DNA from: Macrostomum lignano
Lineage: Eukaryota
Reading direction: 5' to 3'
NCBI GenBank assembly: GCA_002269645.1
Contig: NIVC01001853.1
Span: 62,001 to 126,000, forward strand
Length of the DNA stretch: 64,000 nt
The notes under the pieces are model-generated. The model ran no database searches, was not told the DNA's origin, and saw only the letters and a program-made list of their open reading frames with translations. A program made the position numbers and the translations under genes. Shown piece after piece: positions 1-11,436 of the stretch; the stretch's first letter is position 1; every line of letters begins with the position of its first letter.

Positions 1-2
1 AC

Positions 3-986
3 GATCAATGGGACGTTGTGAAGTTCCTGGCGCACACAGTCGCAGACCAAACAAACAGAGATCACTGCTGCATGGAGACAGCGGAAAATGCTGCAATCGA
101 GGGTCAGTTAGAAGTGGTTAAGTTTCTAGTGCACACAGTCGCTGATCAAGCAAACCGTGATCAGTGCTGCATCAAGGCTGCGCGATCTGCTGCATGGCAA
201 GGTCAGTTAAAAGTGGTAAATTTTCTGGTGCAGATAGTTGCTGACCAAACAAAAAGACACCAGTGCTGGATGGAGGCAGCAAAATCTGCTGCAGAAAATG
301 GTAAGTTAGAAGTGGTGAAGTTTTTGGTGGCGACAGTCGCTGACAAAATAAACAGATATCACTGCTGTACAGAGGTAGCGAGATGTGCTTCAGGTCCGGA
401 TCAGAGAGCGAATCTCCGTTTCCAATGCGCAGTCGCGGCTTGCCCTTGTCTTCGCGAAGATGTCGTTGCCTCCGTCGGCCTCGAGCCCGACTGGCTCTTC
501 CAATCCAGCACCATCCTCAGTTTTCCTGCAGCAATGGCCATCGAAGGCAGGAACTCTGTTCTCAACGACACCCTCTCTCGAATGCAGCCAGCTCGCATCA
601 CACAGCTGCTCCGTCTCTCCATCCCCAAAGACACGTCGCTCTTGCTGTCACACTGATCAATGATGAGCGAGTCAGCACAGAGCATGTCGATCTGCCAGAC
701 CGCACTGGAGCCACTGCTCTCATGCTGGCAGCTGATGCAGGTCATCACGAGCTCATTGAGAAACTCATCGATCTCGGTGCGTCAGTGCGTGCTGAAGATA
801 GTCAGGGTCGGACTGCTCTGTCACGAGCGTGCGAAGCCGGTCACGTGCTCGCCGAGCAGCCAAGGCTCTCATCGACAATGGAGCCGATGCCAGCTATCGA
901 GACAGTCAGGGCCTCACGTGTGCGCAGGTGGCACAGCGATTTGAGCGGCGGCAGGTGCTGCGGCTGCTGGATCTCAGTGGAGCGGG
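3..986 (+). pseudogene. Ankyrin-repeat exon (5' end outside window) of a putative ANK-cGLR gene; two frameshifts (~620, ~853)
   Basis: Repeats of AAxxGQLEVVKFLV type (3-~400). After a frame change at ~620: TGATALMLAADAGHHELIEKLIDLGASVRAEDSQGRTALSRACEAGHV. After a change at ~853: AAKALIDNGADASYRDSQGLTCAQVA...LDLSGA. Ends at GG|gtgagt donor (987), phase 2. Confidence 0.8.
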
Positions 987-1295
987 GTGAGTTCTTGCTT
1001 GGATTTACGCTCGTACTTTTATTTATTCTTTAGATTTTTACGACGCTGCAAAAGATAAAGGAAGTAAACATCGAATCTTTTAGCTTCCAGAGTTTATAAA
1101 CAATGGGCCGTATGCAGAAAGCTCTGTCTAGGGTAGTCCGGTCTTGAAAAGCTAGTCTGGACTTGGATTTGGTATGCAGAAACACAGAGTTAGACCGGTC
1201 TACTATAGCAGAACTAGGGTAGCTGGACCATAGACCATAGACTGAACTACCCAAGTCCGGACTAGCTAGTCTGGACTAAGCTTTCTGCATACGGC

Positions 1296-2313
1296 CATGG
1301 ACTTCTATACTTGGCATCTGGACTGGAAGCGAAAAAATTACCGCAAAAAAAATTACCACATGAGGCCAATTGTTTCCATAGATATGCATTTATCAAAACT
1401 GCTGCGGCTTATATCGAATACAACTAAACTCACTTTCTTCATTTGACTCTGCATAATGAAAGCATATCCTTCGTTATGGTGAAGGATATTCGTTATGTGT
1501 TCGGCATTCGGCTGCAGGAGTGGCTTCGCAAATAGTTCGACACCAGACAGGACTGTGACGTTTCATTGTTATCCACTTAACAAGCCGAGTCTACTGGAAA
1601 TATGGAACAAGGCGAATCCGAGGAAGGACTTTGAACCCACCAAGTATACTCTCGCATCTGCTCACTGCATTTCACATCTGAGGACTTCGTTGAGTCAACA
1701 CAAGACAACAATTTCACTCGCAAAGCGAAGAAAGGCCAGCTGGCTAAGCGTTATCTGAGACAAGATGCGGTGCCAACTATTTTTCCAAACGCACCATCAT
1801 GCCTTTCCTCTGTCCGCCCAGCAGCTCGGATCACATGCACTGCGACATCATCTGCGCGGATGGAGGCGGAAAACAGGCGCCTGGATGATCAGATTTCCGA
1901 CTTCTTTGCCACTGATTCAATTATCGATTGCTCGCCACGAGAAATTCAAGAACTGCTAGATTCTGAGGGGACGAGGCCAGATGGGTTTCAAACTGCAATT
2001 TGCAACGAGTTCCTGTGCATCTTCATGCTGGAGCAGAAGCATGTCTGCCAGGTAGCGTGCTCCATCTGCAATGCACCAAATCACACAAGTACATATGCAC
2101 ACATGCATCTTTTTCTCTGCACACTGCTAATATATATAAAAAAATGTATATAATTCGTTCCCAATCACAAGTAGTCCTGCCTGAATATAAAATTAATCAG
2201 TTTGAATTTGCGTCGTTGCCTCGCGATAAAAAATTAAATACATTTCTGATGGCCTCATGTGGTAACGCGAATTTTTTCGCTTCCAGTCCAGATGCTAAGT
2301 ATAGAAGTCCATG
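1296..2313 (+). mobile_element. Non-autonomous P-element-like DNA transposon carrying a THAP domain
   Basis: 44-bp TIRs CATGGACTTCTATACTT(G/A)GCATCTGGACTGGAAGCGAAAAAATT (1296-1339; 2270-2313, 1 mismatch). 7-bp TSD ATACGGC (1289-1295; 2314-2320). Subterminal inverted TTACCACATGAGGCCA. Confidence 0.8.
1495..1800 (+). pseudogene. THAP (C2CH zinc finger) domain, frameshifted at ~1650
   Basis: CSAFGC...TFHCYP...IW...PRKDFEP, then in the shifted frame RICSLHFTSEDF...YLRQDAVPTIFP (THAP C-terminal AVPTIF box). Confidence 0.8.
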
Positions 2314-3829
2314 ATACGGCCCTTAAGGTAGCTAGACCATAGACTATATACTGAACTACCCAAGTCCGGACTAGCTAGTCTGGACTAGGCTTTATACATA
2401 CGGCCCAAAGAAAAGTGAGTTTGATTTAATCAGCATTCGCGTTTGACCACAGACAATGGTTGGGAAGGAAAAGAAAAGTTGATTTATTCAAATACCACGT
2501 ATTTAGCCCTTCCATGTCTTGATTTTAGCCCAAGGGAATAAAAATTTTGCCCCTAACATTGAGGCCGCACAAGCCATTAGAAGAAGAGTGAAAATTTCAG
2601 ACCTTGACAGACGAAGACGTGTCAACGTTTATGTCAGCAACGGGGATTGGCTCCGCTATGCCAAAGAGTGTCAACTATAGACAGAAAAATTTCAGTATCC
2701 CAAGTCTGATTTTTCGTATCTATGATTAAATTGAAAGCTTGCAGTATTAACTAGGCCGCAAAAAGGAACACTCGTACTATTGTGAAAGCCAAAAAAGACA
2801 ATCGAAGTCACAAACTGCCAATTGATTTCGGTTTAAACTGTGATTTTTTCACTCTGTAATGTTTTCTTGTTTTTATGGCTGTACGAGTATGCATACGCTC
2901 GTAGACTTGCTTTAGAAATTTGGTCTGAAATTCAATTCGTGAGTCGACAGTCCTAAAAGCTCGCTGAGACCGCGATCAAATGAGGCCAACTTTCGTGTGA
3001 TAGCACAACTTGTACATCAAATTTGATTCCTTTGTACACTGATCTTGCGACTTTGTGGCTCATTGGATGCCAGTCTGTGAATGAGCCTCAGCTGCAAAAA
3101 GTCATTTGTCCCTTGCAATTACTCCACTAGTTTCACTGCTGTAAAAACCCTGCCTGGCTTTCCTTCCCGCATTGCAGAAGCCCAGAGGCCCGGCAGGCAG
3201 CCGCTCACCGCTTGGATTCGGGCCTCCATTGGTGAGTTTGACCGGTTCCGCTTTAACTGTCGCATTGCGCCTTCCAACAGGCTGGCAGCTTGGGGCAGAA
3301 ATTGCAGTGAATCTCATGAGGACTGAGATTGGGTTAGACTGAGTGCTGCAGCAGATGTTCGCTCGCTAGTTGGGCTGATAAATTAATACAGGAAATTCAT
3401 CAGAGGACTGTTCCCACGTCCTAGCATATTTAAATTCACTAATTCAAAACAACCCTGAGTTTAACTAGGTTGACGAGTGTAAACGAGCATTCGCTGCTTA
3501 GAAAAAAGCACTGAAATCAATCGTGTTGGTTCACTATGCAGCAAAGAGTTGGCTGTTCATACCGATTCGTCATGCTACGTCGCAGTACAAAGGGCGCAGT
3601 GCGTTTGTACATTTTGAAGGATTCAGAGGAGCCAGTCTCCAATGCTTTTAGGGGCTATCTGAGGCTGAGCTATATCGCAGACGGTTCATATTGGTCACGG
3701 ACACAAACCGCTTGTGACGATAGTTGGTCCCAAAAACAACATTCCAAATATAACTCAAGGTCCTAGTATAAGTAGTATTAAAAGACGCAAAGATCGTGTA
3801 ATTTTTAGGAAAATTAAAAAATACGGCTA

Positions 3830-4150
3830 GTACCGTCGTCCAGGTTCGGCAGGCCAGTCCTCAGCACCCAATCCAGTTCCAGCACAAACAGGAAAAGCGC
3901 CAGAGTGTCACCCTGCAGCCCGCCTGACGACGTGCTCCATCTGGCGTCATCACCAAAGCGGTCGCGTCCTGGTACATTGCCAGGGAAAATCAGTTGCTTC
4001 GGTGCATTGTACATGTACGCGCAAAGCACGAGAGGCAGCGCACTGCGAACCAACGAGTCGAAAGCCTTGAGAAGGTCAATAAATATCACCACGAGACTTG
4101 ACTGATGGGTGCGCGCCTTCTCGATAAAGAGGCAGAGGGCTAGAATCAGT
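3830..4150 (-). mobile_element. Non-LTR retrotransposon reverse transcriptase fragment
   Basis: LFIEKAR.HQ..LVVIFIDLLKAFDSL and SGGLQGDTLALFLFVLELDWVLR match LINE RT motifs (FIDxxKAFDS; GVxQGxxLSP-like). Confidence 0.75.
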
Positions 4151-4297
4151 GTCACTGTACCGCAGAATGAGATAAGCAAATATAAAGCAAATAAAGAGAG
4201 GCAACGCGCAAAAGCCGGCTACCAAGACTGAAAACTAATATTAAGCGATCTGGACTTCGACGTGACAACGTAAAAATTTATCATTAAAATGTACCAG

Positions 4298-4695
4298 CGA
4301 AACACCCATACGCATCTCGGATCATTCCAGGCTCTCAGACGACTCCCAGCAAGACTGCCGTCTCAGCGAGGAGCTGCATCGACTGCTCAGCGATGCGGGA
4401 TTCACCGAGCAGAGAACAAAGTGTCAGCAGAAACTGGCTGACTGGCTAGAACTAGTCGCTCAAATCCTCACACAGGATGACAGGTAGATGACGGGCAGCT
4501 ACGCAGAGGGCTGGGCCAACAGTCTGGTGCAAGTGAACGGCAGGACAGCTGCAGACTCGGACATTGACTGGACTGTGCTGGTTGCTGGGCAGCAGTTCCA
4601 TCTGGAAGGTGGCTGCAATGGACGATATAGTCCCTGCAGAGACGCCACTCGGCTGCAGGTCACGGAGGGCCACGCACAGGTGGCAGTGGGGGCAG
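4298..4695 (+). pseudogene. cGAS-like/Mab-21 NTase exon with the GS...DxD catalytic motif; in-frame TAG at 4485-4487
   Basis: ccag|C acceptor (phase 2, matches the ANK donor). Reads ETPIRISDHSRLSDDSQQDCRLSEELHRLLSDAGF...TQDDR*MTGSYAEGWANSLVQVNGRTAADSDIDWTVLV...VAVGA. Donor G|gtgagt at 4696. Confidence 0.75.
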
Positions 4696-5304
4696 GTGAG
4701 TGAGGCTAGGTTCATCATCAGAACGCTGAGATCCGCATGCAACTGGAAATTCATTTTTTTCTCAATTTTAAATTCGCAACCGAGTGGCGCCCAACCTCCA
4801 GCAGCTTCTGTGACTGCGAATGTCGGCTTGGATTTGTTCAACATTGCTGAGAATAATTATATATACATCGAAAAATACTCTGCACTTATGCAGGTCCGTC
4901 GCCACCAACAAGGGGGACAGGACGCCGGGGAGAGGGAGACAGGGGACAGTGTACTCCCATGTACTCCCAGTAAAAGCTGAGAGGTCGAACATGCCAATGT
5001 TTTATCTGCAAATATGCAGTACTGTCTTTTAAATCGATCAAATACTTTAATAGCAAGAAACTCTTGAAACTGCTGTTTTTTGTTGGGAATTCTTGATTTG
5101 GATTATCGCCTTGACCCCTCATCATAAATTACATACATTTACCTTGACCCCTCCATACATTTTTGCTTAAATTTTTACTCATTGATTACAGCATTAGCAC
5201 TGACACAGAGCAAAATAAGCTCAACCAACACATTCAAGCAGTTTCAAACCAACCCATCTTTTTCACTCGCCACAAAGCGACTCTCCGCTCACTGCGCTCT
5301 GCAG

Positions 5305-6967
5305 GCAGCCAACCTGCAGTGACAGCCACGGCGTGCGGTGTGCGGCCTGCACAGGACACGTGCCATGCGATCCAGTGCTGCAGCACTTCTGGTGAAGTCA
5401 GAAATAAAATACTGCATTCTTATATTGGTGGCAAAGTTCATCTCGTTCGGGCGACCAAACCGAGCTCGAACAAGGAGCTCAGAGTGAGCTTCAGCTTCCA
5501 AGAGAAAGACATCATGAGACAGCTGAGCACAGTTCAGGGCCAGCTGTTCACACTCATCAAGTTCATCTTCAAGACACTTGCCGCTCACTCTGGACACACC
5601 TGGACTCAAGACCTACCATGCAAAAACTCTGCTTTTCACAATGCTGGCGAAGCATGGCACAGATCCTGAAACTGAGGCTTGGCAGCCCCACAATCTGATC
5701 GCTCTGCTTAAGGAGTTACTCGACATGATGCTGAGCTTCATCGACTCGAGCAGCTCGCCCGATGAGTGCATGCCGCACTTCTTCATGCCCGACGCTCCGC
5801 TCTACTTCAAGAACGCTGGAATCGGCGGCGTCTTCGACAATACGAAGGCGAGGGTTCGAGACCGACTTTGTGAGGTGAGGAGCGACATCGGCGGAGTGGT
5901 CGAGCAGCTGAGGAGACTCGTGAGACCTCTGCAGTCAGAGAAGTTCCACTTTCACCCGTTCACTCTGCTGCCTCTGACAGCGCCGCCTGCTGTCACGGAG
6001 ATCAGGGAAGAAACTGACTATCGAGAAAGGTACTACAAGTTTGCAGACGTGTACAGTGTGGTGCACCAGTGTGTGAGCAAGCTGCAGTCGGAATCGAGCG
6101 ACAGAGACACCCTGATGAGGCAGCTCAGTCTCCTGCATGAGCTGCAGTGGTGCAAGTGCGCCGTCCTTGTGCATGACCGCCATGGCGCATTTGAAGTTCG
6201 GAGAATCTGAGGAGGCTGAGAGACTCGCGATGGAGCTGCAGAGACATCAGGTTGAGTCAGGATTGAAGCCACACTCCGAGTCGTATGATATAATGCTGCC
6301 AGTAGACTCAGACTGGGCGTGGAGGTTCTGCCTCCCCTGCGACTCTCCGCCTCGCTTCCCATTCCTTCCCGAGTTCACGCAGACTCTGTTCACAGCCAGA
6401 CTGTCGCAGCCTCTCTCCTCCCACCTGTACGTGAACTTCCGCTGCCTGAGCTGGAGTCTCCAAGCTGAGCTGCTCCGCAATCGCGCACCTGCAATCGCAT
6501 TCGATCATTGGATTGAACAGCTGCTTGGAGACCCGGACTTGGAGGAGCTGCTCACTCTGGCTCACTACAGCGACTGCCGCGAGCACGTGGAGCTCAGCCT
6601 GCAGCAGATGGAGATGATCGAGAAAGAGAGACGCGTCGCCATGGAGACGCAGGACGAGGAGAAGATCGGCTGGGTCAGGCAGAAGCGGTGGCGAGTTTCG
6701 AACCGCAGCGGCAGCGACAGCGGCGCTCACCGCAGCAGGGAAGATGAGGAGCGGAGGCTGTGGGCGAGGGCGAGGCTGAGGCGAGATGGGACCGACTTGG
6801 GGCGCCTGGTTGCCATGGAAACGGCAGCGGAGCAGAGAGACAGCTGGACTCACGCCAAGCTCAGTCGGATGAGACTGGTGAAGTTCGACAGACTTGATGC
6901 AGCAGCCGGAGTCCTCAAAGTAGCGTCGCAACGTCGAGGCCGGAAAAGGAAGGCTGATTCAGACTGA
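5305..6967 (+). pseudogene. Terminal exon of the cGLR: rest of the NTase core, Mab-21 C-terminal lobe and a helical tail; frameshifts at ~5573 and ~6163
   Basis: ctgcag|GC acceptor (phase 1, matches 4695). Motifs QDTCHAIQC (third acidic residue), HLV...LRVSFSFQEKDIM...LFTLIKFIFK and LKTYHAKTLLF...W.PHNL...CMPHFFMP match cGAS WRLSFSHIEK / SYHVKTAFF / ENYFIP-type motifs. Stop TGA at 6965-6967. Confidence 0.8.
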
Positions 6968-9096
6968 CTGCCCGGTGCGGTGTTCAAAGCAGACACACTT
7001 TGATGCAGACGCTCAGATTTTCAAGTTTGCACCCCAATAACTGTGAACTTTTACCATTGGGTTTCTCTATTTTTTCTCTTGAATTCGATTAAGTCCGTTG
7101 GCTTTGCAAAATGTATTCTAAATAATTATCGTTTAATTTCTTAGATTATTGTCTGTGCATGCTGTTGGATCAATGCCCGCGGATTGCCCCTTGTTTCCTT
7201 CCTCCCTTCCTCCCTTGTTTTCAGTTAGTTGCTTTTCGGTAAATGAGCACATCGAGAGCCATCGAGTGCGAGCAGCCCTCCTGCTATGAACTGCAGTTTT
7301 GTACATTTGTGCTGCAATTCAATTCACACTGCATGCTGAATTGCTTTTTCCGTTCAAACTGCGTGTCTGCTTTGATGCGGGCTTTTCTCTGCGATTTTAT
7401 CCTGCGGACTTCAATACCCAATTGCCAATGCTTTTTAATGAAATATTCAAGCCAAATTTTCAGATAGCAGATATCTGCATGAACCTGGAAAATTCTTGAG
7501 AAAAGGTCGGCTGGGTCAGGGAGAAGCTGGAGAGACTTGATGCAGCAGCTTAAGTTTAATTCGTAATTTTATAAGCTTCTCTGGCTTTTGCGCAAGCTGT
7601 TGGAAAAATTTTACTGCACATGTTTCTTATAAATATTTTGAATGTGGCTATGGCTTATTGTGTGTAAATGCTCCTGGATTATTGAAACACTTGCTCTCAA
7701 AATCAGCTCAATCAGTCTGCAAATTTATTTCATCATGTATTCATGTGCCATGCAGCGACTGCCAGCCTGACAGCTCCCTCATGAACATTGACTGACCGGA
7801 CAGGCAGGTCGCGGCCCCAGTCGCCATTCATTTTTCTGTCCGATCCAAGAGCTCCGCACGCTGCTGATGAACTCAAAACTGCGGCCATTTCAATATTGCC
7901 GTCCATATTCGATGCCTGCTCTGTGCCATAAACCAAATGCACTGCTTCGGTTTCAAAATATAGAATGATGCGACCTGCCACTCGCTCTCAGTGCCAGCTC
8001 TGATGCTCTGCAAGGGTGCCTTAAATGTCCTTGAAATTCCAGTCTTGCTTTGCAGATTTGCCTCAGATTAAATTCACTTGATGGAGATGTGCGGGCGTTC
8101 CAGCAGCACGGTGGCTTAAGTCTATCACCAATGATCACAACAGTTCACCGCACTGCTGCATCCTTATCACCCGTTAGCACTTCGGAAGCATCGAGATTAA
8201 GGGAATATACGATAAAGAAAATCCATGGAAAATCCAGGGAAAATCCAGGGAAAAGCCTTTGAATTTTTTCAGATCGCAAACATCGACAAAACAGCATCTT
8301 ATTTAAGCTTGTAAATCATTTTAGGATTTAGTATTCCAATAGTATGGAAGAAAAAATATTAAAACACAGAACCCAAATTTTTTTCTTGTAATTTTTATCA
8401 TCTTTTAACTTCAATTTAATTAATAATGCATAAATCAAATTATATTGTTTGTATCATACTGCACTCTTGTTGTTTCAAAATAAACTGTCAGCCTATAGCA
8501 AAGCGCAGGACTAAAAAGCGCGGAGCAGATCCAAACAGAAAAGTACAGATGAAAAAAATACTGCTTTGTTTAAAATGTCAGAGTTTCCGCATTTCTTTTC
8601 TGTTGAAGAATGATAAAATTATTGGTGAGGATTGTCAAAACCATCTTTAGCTGTTCTACTATCACTCAGTAGGATAAATAGTGCATTGCAATATTTATGT
8701 TTACGATCCATGGATAATTATCATAGATAGCTAAACTACAAGGACGCTATACTAATTGTAAATTGAGGTCGGTTTTCACGGGAAAATGCACTAAATCGAC
8801 AATATATTTGGAAATATGCGGACAGCCTACATGTACGCTCAAGCACGTGCCAAAACGCCAAACGACTCTGGTTTGTTTTGGGGCTTGTGTGCCATTCAAA
8901 CTTATGATGGCCAACCGGAATATGCCCACAGCACTCCAGCGAACATTAACTCTTTTTTTCTAGTGCGTTTATGTAACTTCTAATCACAGATGAAGTATTT
9001 GGACTTCGTTTTAAGAGCTCACAAGCTGAGAGAGGCATAGTCCTCTAGAAGAAACTGAATCTTGTAAACACATTATGCAGCTACATCGAAGTGACG

Positions 9097-9930
9097 TCAC
9101 TGGACAGTCGCTTTGCCATCCGCAGCTTCCCCAGCAGATGTCGCCACGGCAACAAAACTCGCAGCTGCATCATTAGCCGCAGATTCCTCCGAGTTCATGA
9201 CGTCCACCAGTTGGCCCATAGCATTGCTGACCTGACCCGCCATGGCAAACAGGGATCCGATTGAAGACCGGCTGCCACCCCCGATGCTTCCACCGATGCC
9301 ACACACGGATGTCGGGCACGAGTCCACCGAGTGGCGTCCCAGACTGCCCGAGGACGACATCATGTGGAAGCTGCCGCCGACGCTGCCAACGCTGCCGCCG
9401 ATGCAGTGGCCGGAGTGGTGACGCAGGTGAACCGCGCCACTTCGGGTAGTTGACAGCGGCTGCTGATGCTGCTGCTGCACCTGCTGCTGCTGATGGTGGT
9501 GCTGGTGCAGCACCTCGGCAGAGTCGGAGACGCACCCGAAGCTCCCAGCTCGAAGGTGCTGACTTTGGTGCTGCTGGTAGGGCATCCGTGGAGCAGCCGG
9601 TGGCGGCGACAGCATCGGGATAGACGGCGGTCGGTGCTGCGGCTGCTGCTGCTGCTGCTGCGACTGTCCCGGACTTGCCGACAGCATGCGACGCAGTCGA
9701 GCCAGCTGGCTCTCCAGCTGCCGGTTGTGCTCCTCCAGCAGCGACATCCGTGCCTCCAGGCGGCCTTTGTGCGCACGCAGCATCCGAGCTTCCGCCGCTC
9801 CGCCGTCCCCTGCCGACGCCAACGGTGCTGGGGAAACCGGCGGCAGCTGGGGCGGAGGAGGCGGTGGCGCTCGCGAGACGATGCAAGCAGAAGAGCTTGT
9901 AGTTGAGTTCTTGAGCTGCTCGTACTCAGC
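9097..9930 (-). CDS. DMD: Dystrophin last coding exon (C-terminal coiled coil 2 and low-complexity tail)
   Basis: gcag|GCT acceptor. AEYEQLK...[38 protein letters not shown] matches dystrophin [37 protein letters not shown]. 834 nt including the stop. Confidence 0.93.
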   Translation of the reverse strand, partial: AEYEQLKNSTTSSSACIVSRAPPPPPPQLPPVSPAPLASAGDGGAAEARMLRAHKGRLEARMSLLEEHNRQLESQLARLRRMLSASPGQSQQQQQQPQHRPPSIPMLSPPPAAPRMPYQQHQSQHLRAGSFGCVSDSAEVLHQHHHQQQQVQQQHQQPLSTTRSGAVHLRHHSGHCIGGSVGSVGGSFHMMSSSGSLGRHSVDSCPTSVCGIGGSIGGGSRSSIGSLFAMAGQVSNAMGQLVDVMNSEESAANDAAASFVAVATSAGEAADGKATVQ

Positions 9931-10064
9931 CTGCGTGTGTGTGCGGGGCAGGTGAGTCGGTCGGTTTGTGATGTGCGCTTAGTGACTGGGGCAGAGAAGG
10001 AGATGCAAAGTTACGAAAGATTAGAGTAGGATATGAGAGCGAGGAACACGAGATGAGAGATTAT

Positions 10065-11012
10065 TACGGAGATTAGATAAGTTATCATGAAGATTTAATT
10101 AGATTATTATGGAGATTAGGTAGATTATTATGTAAGATTAGGTAGATTATTATGTAAGATTAGGTAGATTATTATGTAGATTAGGGAGATTATTATGGAG
10201 ATTAGGTAGATTATTATGTAAGATTAGGTAGATTATGATGTAAGATTAGGTAGATTATTATGTAGATTCGGTAAATTGTTATGTAGATTAGGTAGATTAT
10301 TTTGTACATTAGGTAGATTATTATGTAGATTAGGTAGATTATTATGTAGATTCGGTAAATTATTATGTAGATTCGGTAAATTATTATGTAGATTAGGTAG
10401 ATTGTTATGTAGATTAGGTAGATTATTATGTAGATTAGGTAGATTGTTATGTAGATTAGGTAGATTATTATGGAGATTAGGTAGATTATTATGGAGATTA
10501 GGTAGATTATTATGTAGATTAGGTAGATTATTATGGAGATTAGGTAGATTATTATGTAGATTAGGTAGATTATTATGTAGATTAGGTAGATTATTATGTA
10601 GATTCGGTAAATTATTATGTAAATTAGGTAGATTATTTTGTATATTAGGTAGATTATTATGTAGATTAGGTAGATTATTATGTAGATTAGGTAGATTATT
10701 ATGTATATTAGGTAGATTATTATGTAGATTCGGTAAATTATTATGTAAATTAGGTAGATTATTTTGTATATTAGGTAGATTATTATGTAGATTAGGTAGA
10801 TTATTATGGAGATTAGGTAGATTATTATGGAGATTAGGTAGATAAATATGAAGACTAGGTAGACAAGTATGGAGATTAGGTAAGTTATTGTGTAGATTAG
10901 GTAGATTATTATGGAGATTAGGTAGATTATTATGGAGATTAGGTAGATTATTATGTAGATTAGGTAGATTATTATGTAGATTAGGTAGATTATTATGTAG
11001 ATTAGGTAGATT
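10065..11012. repeat. 21-bp minisatellite (GATTAGGTAGATTATTATGTA)n
   Basis: Visible tandem unit; produces the NLPNLHN pseudo-ORF. Confidence 0.95.
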
Positions 11013-11436
11013 AAGCACCGATACGGGAAAAAAAACTAAATAATAACAATCGCATTTTTTTATCTTCAGCTGATGAGTGAGTGACGCAGAGCTGCACAGC
11101 CATCAATCAAATGTCCCCAGCTAATCGAAATTACTTCACAAATAATCCCTAGCAATTTTGCCTACAAATCCCCATCTCTGCAATCTGAGAGATGACAGCT
11201 CAGAGAACCAAGGATGGCTTATCAAATTTATAATATCTATATGCTATCAGCTTCTCAGATACAGTGTGCACTGCATAATGATTGCTTTCCAGCCACTGAA
11301 AATCCTAGCGAAGTGTCGGAAGTTATCAATAGATTTCCATCAATAAAGCTTTACTCCAAATGTATTGCTTTTACTGTCTGCTTTTCTGCTCAAAACGAGG
11401 CTTTCATAGCGCATTGCACACAAAAATTGAACTCCC

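Larger units (their letters stand above)
1105..2406. mobile_element. MITE with GGGCCGTATGCAGAAAGCT terminal inverted repeats (Harbinger-like ends), ~193 bp once the nested insertion is removed, plus a duplicated right end (2327-2406)
   Basis: Left TIR at 1105-1123. The right TIR is rebuilt as a 19/19 match from 1279-1295 + 2321-2322. 2327-2406 repeats 1218-1296. No matching TSD found. Confidence 0.6.

Noticed and set aside
1103-1299. Apparent ATG 3-bp TSD around a 1106-1296 MITE
   Set aside because: The right-hand ATG belongs to the CATG end of the nested P-like element; the true MITE end continues at 2321-2322.
4485-4487. Programmed readthrough or recoding of the cGLR TAG
   Set aside because: Four additional frameshifts make simple decay the more economical explanation; no readthrough context recognised.
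7733-8160. Short minus-strand ORFs between the two genes
   Set aside because: No recognisable motif or splice support.
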